DNA of 49,478 nt from Planctomycetota bacterium. GTDB taxonomy: Bacteria; Planctomycetota; UBA1135; UBA2386. Positions within the stretch are counted from its first letter, which is position 1. Each line of letters starts with the position of its first letter. Location: the NCBI GenBank assembly GCA_051274975.1, contig JBNMND010000002.1:1-49478 (forward strand), written 5' to 3'. Made by a program: the position numbers and the translations under genes. Of the stretch, positions 15,544 through 25,649 are shown in pieces. Under the pieces are notes generated by a model. It was not told the origin of the DNA, made no database searches, and saw only the letters and a list, made by a program, of their open reading frames with translations.

Positions 15544-17598
15544 ATGCGTTTCCGCCTCAACAGCGACATGACGCCGGCAGGCGACCAACCGCACGCAATC
15601 GAGCAGTTGACGACCTGGATCGAAGGCGGTGAAAAGGCTTCGACCCTGCTTGGCGTGACTGGATCCGGCAAGACCTTCACGGTAGCCAAGCTGGTTGATC
15701 GGCTGCAGCGGCCGACTCTGGTGTTGGCGCCAAACAAGACCTTGGCGGCGCAGCTCTACGGGGAGTTCAAGTCGTTCTTCCCGGATAACGCGATCGAGTA
15801 TTTCGTCAGTTACTACGACTACTACCAGCCGGAGGCCTACGTTCCGACGACCGACACGTTCATCGAGAAGGACGCGATGATCAACGACGCGATCGAGCGC
15901 ATGCGCAACTCGGCGACCAGGTCGTTGATGGAACGGCGGGATGTGCTGATCGTTGCGTCGATCAGTTGCATCTATGGTCTCGGTTCGCCGGAAAACTACC
16001 GCGAGCTGTCGGTGCACGTGAAGAAGGGCCAGACGATCGATCGCGATGTGCTGCTGAGGCAGCTGACGGCGATTCAGTTTGTGCGCGACAACTATGACTT
16101 CCAGCCGGGGCGCTTTCGGGTGCGCGGCGATGTTGTCGAGGTCTATCCGTCTTACGAAGAGGCGCGCGCGTTACGGATCGAGATGTGGGGCGACGAGATC
16201 GAGAGCATCTGTGCGGTCGATCCGTTGCGCGGCGAAGTGATCGAGCAGTTGGACGAGATCACCATTTATCCGACGACGCATTACATCGCGACGAGTGGTC
16301 AGACGATCGCAGCCTGCGCAGCGATCGAAATTGAACTCGAAGAGCGACTCAATGATCTCGAAGGTCGCAAGAAACTGTTGGAGGCGCAGCGGCTCGGCCA
16401 GCGCACCCGTCACGACCTTGAGATGCTGCGCGCGACCGGCATGTGCCAGGGAATTGAAAACTACAGCCGCCATTTCGATGGTCGCACTGTGGGCCAGCCG
16501 GCGGCGACTTTGCTGCACTACTTCCCCGACGACTTCCTGATGGTCGTCGATGAGTCGCACGTCGCCATGCCGCAGGCGGGTGGCATGTATCGCGGCGACC
16601 GGGCGCGCAAAACGACGCTGGTCGAACACGGCTTCCGCTTGCCGAGTGCCTTGGACAACCGACCGTTGATGTTCGACGAGTTCGAAAGCCTGCTGCAACA
16701 GGTGTTGTTCGTGTCGGCGACGCCATCAAAATACGAACTAGACAAGAGCGACGCCAACGTTGTCGAGTTGGTCGTGCGGCCGACTGGGTTGGTCGATCCG
16801 CCGGTTGATGTGCGGCCGGCGCGTGGCCAGGTCGACGATGTGCTGGCCGAGGTTCGGTTGCGTGCCGAGCGACGTGAGCGCACCTTAATCACGACGTTGA
16901 CCAAGCGTTCCGCGGAAGAGTTGACCGACTACCTGCGTGATCTCGGTATCAAAGTTCGCTACCTGCACAGTGATATCGACAGCCTCGAGCGCACCGAACT
17001 GATTCGTGACTTGCGCCTCGGTGTGTTCGATGTGTTGGTTGGCATCAACCTGTTGCGTGAAGGCCTCGATATCCCCGAGGTGACCTTGGTGGCCGTTCTC
17101 GATGCTGACAAGGAGGGCTTCCTGCGCAGCAAGACTTCGCTGGTGCAAACTTGTGGCCGTGCTGCACGCAACGCCGATGGTCGCGTTATTCTCTATGCCG
17201 ACAAGCGCACCGATTCGATGAACGGCGCGATGGCCGAGATGGAAAGGCGCCGGGTCAAGCAGCGGGCGCACAACGAGGAGCACGGCGTGACGCCAACGAC
17301 GATCATCAAGCCGGTGCGCGATCTGATGGAAACGCGCGACGAAGACGATCAGGGGACTGGGCGCGGCAAGAAGGGTAAGGGCCGGGGCAAGGGTAAGGGC
17401 CGCGGCAAGAGCCAGTCTGGTGACGAGGCTCCTGCGGCGCCGAAGCGACAGTTTGCGAGCCACCAAGAAATGCTGCGCCACTTGAAGCAGCTGCGCGCCG
17501 AGATGATGGCCGCTGCGAAGAACCTCGACTTCGAGTTAGCAGCGCAGATTCGCGATGAGGTCTACCGGCTGGAGCAGGCCGAGATGGAGTTGCTGTAG
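15544..17598 (+). CDS. uvrB: Excinuclease ABC subunit B.
   Basis: [22 protein letters not shown] aligns with the canonical UvrB N-terminus. Also present are Walker A (GVTGSGKTF), DESH (VVDESHV), helicase motifs and the C-terminal UVR domain ([17 protein letters not shown]). The track GTG at 15520 is an alternative start. Confidence 0.95.
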   Translation: MRFRLNSDMTPAGDQPHAIEQLTTWIEGGEKASTLLGVTGSGKTFTVAKLVDRLQRPTLVLAPNKTLAAQLYGEFKSFFPDNAIEYFVSYYDYYQPEAYVPTTDTFIEKDAMINDAIERMRNSATRSLMERRDVLIVASISCIYGLGSPENYRELSVHVKKGQTIDRDVLLRQLTAIQFVRDNYDFQPGRFRVRGDVVEVYPSYEEARALRIEMWGDEIESICAVDPLRGEVIEQLDEITIYPTTHYIATSGQTIAACAAIEIELEERLNDLEGRKKLLEAQRLGQRTRHDLEMLRATGMCQGIENYSRHFDGRTVGQPAATLLHYFPDDFLMVVDESHVAMPQAGGMYRGDRARKTTLVEHGFRLPSALDNRPLMFDEFESLLQQVLFVSATPSKYELDKSDANVVELVVRPTGLVDPPVDVRPARGQVDDVLAEVRLRAERRERTLITTLTKRSAEELTDYLRDLGIKVRYLHSDIDSLERTELIRDLRLGVFDVLVGINLLREGLDIPEVTLVAVLDADKEGFLRSKTSLVQTCGRAARNADGRVILYADKRTDSMNGAMAEMERRRVKQRAHNEEHGVTPTTIIKPVRDLMETRDEDDQGTGRGKKGKGRGKGKGRGKSQSGDEAPAAPKRQFASHQEMLRHLKQLRAEMMAAAKNLDFELAAQIRDEVYRLEQAEMELL

Positions 17599-17669
17599 CC
17601 GGCAGTCCTGGGATGTCGGCCGAGTAGCAGTTGCCGTCACCGCTGGTTGGCGCCAGACTTGCCGTTCTC

Positions 17670-18458
17670 ATGAGCGCTCCCGACGTATTCACCCTGCCGG
17701 CTCCGTATTACCTGTTCCGCCTGCTGACCGGATCGGACCACATGCACTTCGGTTGGTTCCGCACGGACGATGAGGATCCGGGTGACGCTCAGGAGAACAT
17801 GATGGAGCTCAACCTGTTCTTCCGACCGGGCAAGCTGGAGACCGCGCTCGATGTTGGTGCCGGGCTTGGTGCGACGGCGCGCTGGTTGTCGCGGCGCGAC
17901 ATTGCGGTCACTTCGATTTCGCCGGATGCGCCGTTGATCGAATATGCGCGACTTGCGGCGGCGACCGACGACGTGAAACACAAGGTCGACTTCCAGGTGA
18001 CCAAGTTCGAAGAGTTCGAGTCGAAGATGCAATACGACTGGGTGCTGTTCCAGGAGTCGTTCCAATACTTCGATGACGTGCACGACACGATCTCGCGCGC
18101 CCGCAATGCCGTTCGCATCGGTGGCCGTTTGCACATCGGCGACCAGTTCTTGCACGTTGACCTGCCGCGCGAACAAGGCCGCTTCCACTACCTGCCAAGC
18201 GTGCTGCGCATCGCCAAGAAGCTAGGCTTTGAGTTGCGCACCAAGTGCGATGTCAGCCGCGCCGCTTACCGCATGACAGGTCGCTGCCTCGAAGTGCTGC
18301 GCGAGAACAAGGATCAATGGATTGCAGAACACGCAGCCAAGATCCCGAGCATCGAGAAGGACATCGACGACATGCTTAACTGCGGCACGCTTGAGTGGGA
18401 TGCTTACGTTGACGGTCACCTTAGCTACGAGTTGATGGCCTTCGAGCGCGTTCAGTAG
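17670..18458 (+). CDS. Class I SAM-dependent methyltransferase.
   Basis: Motif I reads LDVGAGLGATARWLS. The spacing suits a Rossmann-type methyltransferase. I preferred the ATG at 17670 over the TTG at 17631. Confidence 0.75.
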   Translation: MSAPDVFTLPAPYYLFRLLTGSDHMHFGWFRTDDEDPGDAQENMMELNLFFRPGKLETALDVGAGLGATARWLSRRDIAVTSISPDAPLIEYARLAAATDDVKHKVDFQVTKFEEFESKMQYDWVLFQESFQYFDDVHDTISRARNAVRIGGRLHIGDQFLHVDLPREQGRFHYLPSVLRIAKKLGFELRTKCDVSRAAYRMTGRCLEVLRENKDQWIAEHAAKIPSIEKDIDDMLNCGTLEWDAYVDGHLSYELMAFERVQ

Positions 18459-18517
18459 CGCGCTGCGCGCGGCAGTCTTACCGGTGGGTTGGCGTGCCGG
18501 CTGTCTAGGCGACTCTC

Positions 18518-20389
18518 ATGGATCCCCGTATCGTTGACAAGGTAAGCCGGTTTCCGACAGGGCCCGGCGTCTACCTGTTTCGCGATGCCGCGGACACCGC
18601 GATCTACGTTGGCAAGGCTGCCGACTTGCGCAGTCGCGTGCGCAGCTACTTGAAGCCAGGTGGCGATGGTCGCTACCAGTTGCGCTTCTTGGAGAACGAA
18701 GCCCGCGATGTGGAGTTTATCGCGACGGCGACCGAGCAGGAGGCGCTGCTGCTTGAGAACACCGTCATCAAGAAGCACAAGCCGCGCTACAACATTAAGC
18801 TCAAGGACGATAAGGCGTTCTTGTTGCTGCGGCTCGACCGATCGGAGCAGTGGCCGTGGTTCCGCTTCGTGCGCCGACGTCGCGATGATGGGGCGCAGTA
18901 CTTCGGTCCGTTTGCCTCGGCGAAGTCGGCGCGGCGCACGTTGCGTTTGCTGCACAAGATCGTGCCGCTGCGCGATTGCAGCGATGCCGTGCTCAACAAC
19001 CGCACACGCCCCTGCATCAAGCATCAGATCGGTCGTTGCCCGGCGCCTTGCGTCGATCTCGTTACGACGGACGCATACAACCGGTTGCTCGACCAGGCCG
19101 TTCGCATCTTGGGCGGTGAGATCGGCCCGTTGGTGCAAGACCTGAAAAAGCGCATGGCCCAGGCAGCCGCTGATCTCGAGTTCGAACGTGCACAGGCATT
19201 GAAGGAACAGATGCAGGCGTTGCAGTCGGTCGCCGAGAGGCAGGCCGTTGTGGCGCGAGCTGGCGATGAGGATGCCGTTGGCATTTACCGCCGCGGTAGT
19301 GAGGTGACGATTGCGTTCTTGGCGTTCCGCGGTGGTGCGCTCGAGCAATGTCGACGTCATACGGTGACCAGCGAGTTGCCCAATGACCTGCTGCTCGCAG
19401 ACCTATTGGCGCGGCTCTACGAAGGCGACCGCTACGTGCCGAGCGCGTTGATCGTGCCGGAGCTGCCAGCCGAACCGGCGATCTTGCGAGGCTGGCTCGA
19501 ACAGAAGCGCGGCGGCCGCGTCGAAATGCACGTGCCGGTGCGCGGCAACCGAATGCAGCACCTCAGGCTTGCGCAGCAAAACGCAAAGCTTGCTGACGAA
19601 GTCGCGGTCGATGCCGACGCGCGGCGGCGCTTTGCCGGAAAGCGCCTCGCCAAGCTGCTAGACCTCGACGAGGCACCCGAACGCTTGCACTGTCTTGACG
19701 TCTCGACGATGCAGGGCACCAACACCGTGGCTTCGCGCGTGTGCTTCGTCGATGGCCAACCGTTCAAGGCGCACTACCGGCGCTTCAAGATCTCGAAGGA
19801 GAACGCTGGCGACGACTTCTCGTCGATGGAAGAAGCGGTGCGGCGCAGCCTGTCGCTTTGCCTTGAGCGTGAGGACGAAGAGCTGCCGAACTTACTGATT
19901 GTCGATGGTGGCCGCGGTCAGCTTGATGCAGCCGAGCGCGCGCTGGTCGAACTCGGTTTGCAGGGCGACCTCAAGCTGTGTGGCTTGGCCAAGAGCCGTC
20001 TCAAAGGCGTGGGGGACGCGCGCGTCGAAAGCGGCGAGCGCATCTTCTTGCCCGGCCAGGAAACGCCGATTCCGTTGGGTTTGGACGAACCTGAAACGTT
20101 GCTGGTGGCGGCCATCCGCGACGAGGCACACCGCTTTGCCATCACCTATCATCGCAAGCAACGTGGCAAGATCACTAGTGCGCTTGATGACGTCGCCGGT
20201 GTCGGACCAACCAGGCGGCGCGCGGTGCTTCGCCACTTCGGTTCCTTGACGGCATTGCGCGCCGCATCGCGAGAAGACTTGCGCGCGATGCCCGGTTTGC
20301 CGAAGGCAGTCGCCGAAGCGATCTACTTGTGGTTGTGTCCAGCGGCGGCCGGCGCAGACGACGCGCCCGAACCGCCCTTGCCGAACTGA
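18518..20389 (+). CDS. uvrC: Excinuclease ABC subunit C.
   Basis: The GIY-YIG N-terminus reads GPGVYLFRDAADTAIYVGKAADLRSRVRSY. The UVR domain reads LEFERAQALKEQMQAL. The C-terminal RNase H-like endonuclease and HhH regions are also present. Confidence 0.95.
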   Translation: MDPRIVDKVSRFPTGPGVYLFRDAADTAIYVGKAADLRSRVRSYLKPGGDGRYQLRFLENEARDVEFIATATEQEALLLENTVIKKHKPRYNIKLKDDKAFLLLRLDRSEQWPWFRFVRRRRDDGAQYFGPFASAKSARRTLRLLHKIVPLRDCSDAVLNNRTRPCIKHQIGRCPAPCVDLVTTDAYNRLLDQAVRILGGEIGPLVQDLKKRMAQAAADLEFERAQALKEQMQALQSVAERQAVVARAGDEDAVGIYRRGSEVTIAFLAFRGGALEQCRRHTVTSELPNDLLLADLLARLYEGDRYVPSALIVPELPAEPAILRGWLEQKRGGRVEMHVPVRGNRMQHLRLAQQNAKLADEVAVDADARRRFAGKRLAKLLDLDEAPERLHCLDVSTMQGTNTVASRVCFVDGQPFKAHYRRFKISKENAGDDFSSMEEAVRRSLSLCLEREDEELPNLLIVDGGRGQLDAAERALVELGLQGDLKLCGLAKSRLKGVGDARVESGERIFLPGQETPIPLGLDEPETLLVAAIRDEAHRFAITYHRKQRGKITSALDDVAGVGPTRRRAVLRHFGSLTALRAASREDLRAMPGLPKAVAEAIYLWLCPAAAGADDAPEPPLPN

Positions 20390-22485
20390 TCGATCGGCTT
20401 CTGGTTGTCAGGGCCGTAAGCGTTGGGGACAACACCCTTGGTCGTCATCGTGATGCGGTTGTAGCTCTTCGTGCGGATTTCGATCAGGATCGTCTTGCCG
20501 CCCTCGCCGGTGCTGGTCTGAAATCTGACCGGCTCATTGAAGTAGCGGAACGACGACTTCAAGTTGCGACCATCCGGCAGCGTGAACGTTTCCGCGAGGT
20601 CATCAGCTGGCAGCAACATGGCGTCGTCGGCGAGCTTCTCAGCAGTGAACCACTCCGCCAGATCCTTCGGCAGGCGCTTCTCGCGCTTCTGGAACTTCTC
20701 CAACGAAGTGTGCACGGCTTCCAGCTTGTGCCTCGCCAAACGATGCATCAGCTGGTCCGTCTGGTAGTCGCCCATCTTGTCGACAAGCATCGGCCCCCAG
20801 GTCATCGTCAGCGCGGCGAGCTCTGGGCCGCCGAGTGCGCCGAGCATGACCAGCGAGTACTTGTCGCCGTCCTTGCGCAGAACGCCACGGGACTTGCCGC
20901 AGTACATCTCGACGACGTCGGGCTCCGGTAGGTCCTTGCGTCGGATCGGTGCCGCGCTCGCCAGGCCGCCGATCTCATACAGCGGCAACCAGTCGCGGTA
21001 GAAGCACCGATAGAGCTGCGCTTCGTCGAAGCGCCAATCGAACGACGGCAGCAGCTCGCCAATACCGCCAGGTTCGGGAGCATCTCCGCCGTCCATCGCT
21101 ACGGTGTCTTCGTCTTGCACCTTCAAGAACGCCCGCAGGCTCAGGGCCGACTCCGCCAAATGCAGGATGCCGTTGATGCGGCAGTACGCCGGTTGGATGC
21201 CATTCGGCATGTCCGGGAACTTGAGCACCGTGCATTCAATGCCGCTGTAGGTAACCGTCTTGGTTGGCAGGCTGTCGGTCAGAAACGTCTTGAAGAGACC
21301 ATCGAGCGCCGTTTCGTCCGCAATGCCAAGTGACAGATACATGCGCGGAATGAAACCGCCGGGAGCCGGCGCGCAACAGCTGACGGCGATGCCGCCGTCG
21401 AGCGCTTTCATGACCTGCTTGATCACTTTTTCGGGCAGATCGAGACCGTTGGTCAACGCCGGCAGCAGTGCCGCGATCATCTCCAGGTTGACGGATGAAC
21501 GCAGTTGCGCGATGGCGCCCTTTGGCAGTGCTTGCGCCGGCAACTTGCCTGTGCCGGTGAGCAAGGCGCCAACCAGACCGCCGGGCTTGTCGGTCAACTG
21601 AACTTCGAGTTTGTCCTCGATGAGTTCGCCGCGGAAGCGACCACTCCACTTGAGCGTCTTGAGCTTGTCGAAGCCGAGCGTCGAGAACTCCTTTGGGATG
21701 CCCACGCCCATTCTTCGGAACAGCGATAGGTAGGTTTGCAGGTCGAGTTCCATCGAGATCGCGGCTTCGTCGCTCTGCTTCGCTTGCGTGGCGTCCGAGT
21801 TGGTCTTGCCGCTGCCGTAGACGAACGTGCCCGGCATGTGCATCATCCAGCGCTCGTAGGCGCCGCCAAATCCGAACTTGTTGCCGGTGACCGATTCGGG
21901 GGCCTTGAAGGAGTAGGCCGGAAAGCCGTCGATCTTGGTGCCTGGCACTTCTTTGTAGAGCTGGGACGTTCGGTGTCGTTGCGCCTCCTGCTCGAAGGCC
22001 TGCGTCCACCGCCCTTCATAGCGTGGCGAGCACGATAGGAAGGTCGCGAATGATGGCGCCTTGGATCGTAAATCATCCGTAGCTCTGACCGTCAATTCGG
22101 CGCGCGTCACTTCCTCGATGGGGAAGCGGAACAGTCTCCATAGGTCGTTGTCGCCGACTGCGTAAAGGGACGCGACTTCGTAGGGATCCATCTCGTCGAA
22201 TAGGTCCAACTGCGCGAAGCTGTCGCGAACGGCCTGGCGACGTGTAAGATAGAGCTTCGTGTAGTTGAGCGTGCTCGCCGCGGCGTCGACGACATCCTCG
22301 TCCGCCATCAGTTTGCCGAGCTTCGTATTCGGCCAGGCTTTGACAAGTTCTTGCACGCCCTCGGCGCGAATCGAGATCAGCGGCATCTTCGGCCCCGGCT
22401 CCTTCTCTGGCTCTTGGGCTGCGATGCGATCCGAGGATAGCAGGGCGAGCGAGGCAAATAGAACGTGGGCTGAGTCTCGAATCAT
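20323..22485 (-). CDS. Secreted hypothetical protein (720 aa).
   Basis: It is a long ORF with a signal-like N-terminus (VLFASLALLSSDRIAAQ). Codon bias is consistent with neighbouring genes. I recognised no domain. Its 3' end overlaps the uvrC 3' end by 67 nt. Confidence 0.7.
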   Translation of the reverse strand: MIRDSAHVLFASLALLSSDRIAAQEPEKEPGPKMPLISIRAEGVQELVKAWPNTKLGKLMADEDVVDAAASTLNYTKLYLTRRQAVRDSFAQLDLFDEMDPYEVASLYAVGDNDLWRLFRFPIEEVTRAELTVRATDDLRSKAPSFATFLSCSPRYEGRWTQAFEQEAQRHRTSQLYKEVPGTKIDGFPAYSFKAPESVTGNKFGFGGAYERWMMHMPGTFVYGSGKTNSDATQAKQSDEAAISMELDLQTYLSLFRRMGVGIPKEFSTLGFDKLKTLKWSGRFRGELIEDKLEVQLTDKPGGLVGALLTGTGKLPAQALPKGAIAQLRSSVNLEMIAALLPALTNGLDLPEKVIKQVMKALDGGIAVSCCAPAPGGFIPRMYLSLGIADETALDGLFKTFLTDSLPTKTVTYSGIECTVLKFPDMPNGIQPAYCRINGILHLAESALSLRAFLKVQDEDTVAMDGGDAPEPGGIGELLPSFDWRFDEAQLYRCFYRDWLPLYEIGGLASAAPIRRKDLPEPDVVEMYCGKSRGVLRKDGDKYSLVMLGALGGPELAALTMTWGPMLVDKMGDYQTDQLMHRLARHKLEAVHTSLEKFQKREKRLPKDLAEWFTAEKLADDAMLLPADDLAETFTLPDGRNLKSSFRYFNEPVRFQTSTGEGGKTILIEIRTKSYNRITMTTKGVVPNAYGPDNQKPIDQFGKGGSGASSAPAAAGHNHK

Positions 22486-22678
22486 GGCTTGGTTGCCCGG
22501 TCTTCAGGCGGGCGCGATTGGCGAGCACACACAATACTGTGGGTGAATGCGCGGCGGGTGCGTCTGACGAAGTTCGTGCCCGTTTATTGCAGTGTGCGTT
22601 AGCGACCGCGGGATTTGGCCATGTTCGCCGCCGCCTCGGCTGCGAAGAACGCGTGCTCAGTGCCAGAACAACTCGCGG

Positions 22679-23932
22679 CTATTCGGAGTCGCCCGGATCC
22701 TCATCCAGCGGTGGCGCCTGCCACACGCGCACCCGTTCGGCGCGACGGTTGTTCGCCTTCGTAACCTCAAAGGCATAGCCCGAAAGGTCGATGCGGTCGC
22801 CGGCGGCTGGCACCGAGCCAAGCTTCTCCGACAAGAACCCCGACAGGGTCTTGCGATCCGTTTGCACGCCCTCGATCGACAGGCGCTTGAACACATCGGC
22901 GATCTCGGCGATACCGCGACAGACCAGCGAACCATCGGGGCGTTCGATGACGGAGGTGTCGTCGGTGTCCGACTCATCTTCGATCTCCCCGACGATCTCT
23001 TCGAGCACGTCTTCGAGCGTGACAATGCCCTGCGTCGAGCCATACTCGTCGACGACGATCGCCATGTGACGCTTGCCAATTTGGAAGCGACGAAGCACGT
23101 GATTGAGCGTTGCCGTTTCGGGCACGATCAACAGCTCGACCATCAACGACTCCCAATCTGGAGTTGGCTTGTCGAGCAGCGAGAACATCAGGTCCTTGGT
23201 CAGGATGACGCCCTTGACGTCATCGAGCTCGCCGGTCGGCGTGTACGGGAAGCGGCTGTGGTTGGTGCGCATCACCCGCTTCAGGTTGTCTTCGGCTGGG
23301 CAGTTGCCGGACAGGTAGGTGACGCGGTCGCGCGAGACCATCACGTCGTTGGCGGTGAGGTCGCGCAAACGCGATGCGTTGTGGATCAGTTCGCCGGTGA
23401 AGCTACCGAACGAACCTTGCGACATGCCGGCGGTCGTCATCACCCGGATCTCATCGAGTGAGATCGACGGGCCATCGTCTGCGCGCGCGAACATGCGAGC
23501 CAGGCCCCGTGTCAGGAACAGCATCGGCCAAATTGCGATGCTCATCACTTGCACGATGCCAGTGATCGGCAGCGCTAGCTTGTCGGCGTGCACAACACCG
23601 ATCGTCTTCGGAACGATCTCAGTGACGGCGAGCACGGTGATTACGAATATGGCCACGAACCACGCTTCAGGGACGCCCGGGAACGCAGCTGGGAACTGGG
23701 CCGTGGCCAGGGCGGCACCACCGGAGTTCGAGATCGTGTTGACGATCAGGACGGCGGCAATGGGCCGGTCAGGTTGTTTGCGGTAGCGCCGCAGCAGCTT
23801 GCCGAGTCGACTGCCGCGTTGCGCCAAGGTCTCGACGCGTGCGGGCCCCACGCTGAGCAGCGTCGCTTCCGAAATGGAGCAGACGAAGGAGAGCAGCAGG
23901 GAGAGCGTTACCGCAACAACAAACAGGAGCAT
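22679..23932 (-). CDS. CNNM/HlyC-CorC family transporter (DUF21 - CBS pair - CorC_HlyC).
   Basis: The DUF21 TM region begins MLLFVVAVTLSLLLSFVCSISEATLLSV. A CBS pair follows. The C-terminal transporter-associated domain reads LVCRGIAEIADVFKRL...GYAFEVTKANNRRAERVRV. The start is uncertain: an ATG at 23932 or a TTG at 24001. Confidence 0.85.
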   Translation of the reverse strand: MLLFVVAVTLSLLLSFVCSISEATLLSVGPARVETLAQRGSRLGKLLRRYRKQPDRPIAAVLIVNTISNSGGAALATAQFPAAFPGVPEAWFVAIFVITVLAVTEIVPKTIGVVHADKLALPITGIVQVMSIAIWPMLFLTRGLARMFARADDGPSISLDEIRVMTTAGMSQGSFGSFTGELIHNASRLRDLTANDVMVSRDRVTYLSGNCPAEDNLKRVMRTNHSRFPYTPTGELDDVKGVILTKDLMFSLLDKPTPDWESLMVELLIVPETATLNHVLRRFQIGKRHMAIVVDEYGSTQGIVTLEDVLEEIVGEIEDESDTDDTSVIERPDGSLVCRGIAEIADVFKRLSIEGVQTDRKTLSGFLSEKLGSVPAAGDRIDLSGYAFEVTKANNRRAERVRVWQAPPLDEDPGDSE

Positions 23933-24165
23933 CGATCGTTTGCCCGGAGGGGCGCCGCGCAGGGTAGGGGCGAGGACGTCGTAGGTCCACTGCAAGCCCA
24001 AGGGTTGGGCGCATGGATGTTGCGCTTCTGGACCTGGTGCGCCCGCTGAGGGCGCGGTGGCTTGGCCTTCACGTGGTCGGTGGGGCTCTGCGCGCGTATC
24101 CGGTGGCCCCCGAGGGCTACGATGGTCACGCCTTGGTTCTCCGGTCGGCAGACCGGCGGGCCGAC

Positions 24166-25566
24166 TTACTCGGTCAGCGCTGGCTGGGCCGGCTGCGCGA
24201 TCTGGGCCTCTTCGTGAGCGAAGACGTATTGGCCACCCTTGACGCGAACCGTCACCTTGGAGCCAGTTCCGAGGTCGTTGTCGAGGATCAGCTCGGTGAG
24301 CGGGTCTTCGATGTGGCGCTTGATCAGGCGGCGCAGTTCACGCGCACCAAATTCTTCGCTGAAGCCGTCCTTGGCGATTCGCACCCGCACTTGCGGCGAG
24401 AACGAGGCAGTGATGCCGCGTCGCTTCAGTAGGTCCGACACTTCGCGCAGCATGTTGCCGACGATGCGTTGGCAGACCTTCTGGTCGAGCGGGTTGAACA
24501 TGATGACTTCGTCGATGCGGTTGACGAACTCGGGGCGGAAGAACTCGCGCAGCGCCTCGTTGGTCACTTCCTTGAGGTCGATGTCTTGCAAGCTCTGGCG
24601 TTGGTGTGCCGCCGAGAACCCCATGCGCGTGCGCACGGCGTCGATCTTATCGATGCCGAGGTTGCTCGTCATCAAGATCAGCGCTTGGTTGAACTGCACC
24701 GTCTGGCCCTTGCTGTCTGTGATGATGCCCTCGTCGAGCAACTGCAGCAGCAGGTTGTGAACCTTGTAGTGGGCCTTCTCGACTTCATCGAAGAGCACGA
24801 CCGAGGTCGGCTTCTTCTTGATGCCTTCAGTCAGGAAGCCACCTTCGTTGTGACCGATGTAGCCCGGGGGCGAACCGATCAGCTTGGCGTATTCGTGCGG
24901 CAGCGCATACTCACTGCAGTCGACGCGGATCATCGCGCCCGGGTCGTCGAACAAGCTTCGCGCCATCGATTTGGCCAGCTCAGTCTTGCCGGTACCGGTG
25001 CGGCCAACCAACAAGAACGTGCCAACCGGATGGGTCGGGCGCTTGAGGCCGACGGCCGCCTTCTTGACGGCGCGGACAAGCGACGAGATCGCGCTATCTT
25101 GCCCCATGATCTGTGTGCGCAAGCTGCGCTCGAGGCTGGAGACGCGGCGGAACAGCGACTGGCGAGCTGCGTCGTTGCCGGGTCGCGGCAAGAACGGGTC
25201 TTCAGTAATGGCCGCCGCATTCTCCTCGTTGGTTGGAATGCTTACCTGGTGGATCTCAAGCGACGGGTTGACGTCGATGCAGATCTGGTAAAGGAGTTCT
25301 TCTACGATCTCTGGGTCGTAGCCTTCGTCCATACGACGAACGGCGCCGAGCACCTCGATCTCGAACGTTGGGACGCACGAGCGTACGACCCTGTGTCGGT
25401 AGTCCGACTTGTTCGTGATGGGTGCTGCATGCAGCTCCTGAAGAAGGTCTTCGCTGCAACAGCGGACCTTTATGAACTCATCGATCAAATCGAAGTATTT
25501 GATCACGAACGCTGCGCCTGGATGCTTCAACTGGTAGTCCCTGGTTGCCCTGGTCTTGACACACAC
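24166..25566 (-). CDS. Single-NBD Clp/Hsp100-type AAA+ ATPase (ClpB-D2-like plus D2-small domain) with an unassigned N-terminal domain of about 135 aa.
   Basis: The D2-type signature reads IMGQDSAISSLVRAVKKAAVGLKRPTHPVGTFLLVGRTGTGKTELAKSMA. Also present are the pore loop (GSPPGYIGHNEGG), Walker B (VVLFDEVEKAH), sensor-1 (LILMTSNLG), the Arg finger region (FRPEFVNRIDEVIMFNPL) and sensor-2 (GARELRR). There is no D1 module. The start is uncertain: the track uses a GTG at 25566, and an in-frame GTG lies near 25506. Confidence 0.85.
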   Translation of the reverse strand: MCVKTRATRDYQLKHPGAAFVIKYFDLIDEFIKVRCCSEDLLQELHAAPITNKSDYRHRVVRSCVPTFEIEVLGAVRRMDEGYDPEIVEELLYQICIDVNPSLEIHQVSIPTNEENAAAITEDPFLPRPGNDAARQSLFRRVSSLERSLRTQIMGQDSAISSLVRAVKKAAVGLKRPTHPVGTFLLVGRTGTGKTELAKSMARSLFDDPGAMIRVDCSEYALPHEYAKLIGSPPGYIGHNEGGFLTEGIKKKPTSVVLFDEVEKAHYKVHNLLLQLLDEGIITDSKGQTVQFNQALILMTSNLGIDKIDAVRTRMGFSAAHQRQSLQDIDLKEVTNEALREFFRPEFVNRIDEVIMFNPLDQKVCQRIVGNMLREVSDLLKRRGITASFSPQVRVRIAKDGFSEEFGARELRRLIKRHIEDPLTELILDNDLGTGSKVTVRVKGGQYVFAHEEAQIAQPAQPALTE

Positions 25567-25649
25567 TTGATCGGGTCAAACGGTAGATTGACTTGACGCT
25601 GGAGTGCATGATTGCCCCAACTCCTGGCGTAACCCGCCTATAAACACTC

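Noticed and set aside
14071-16017. N-terminal extensions of several track ORFs: 14071..16017, 8084..9916, 11159..12664, 34643..36736, 36543..37433, 38996..39835, 39513..42560 and 44015..44989.
   Set aside because: The extensions overlap neighbouring genes or inverted repeats, are Arg-rich, and precede internal starts that match known family N-termini or signal peptides. I trimmed each one, as stated in the features.
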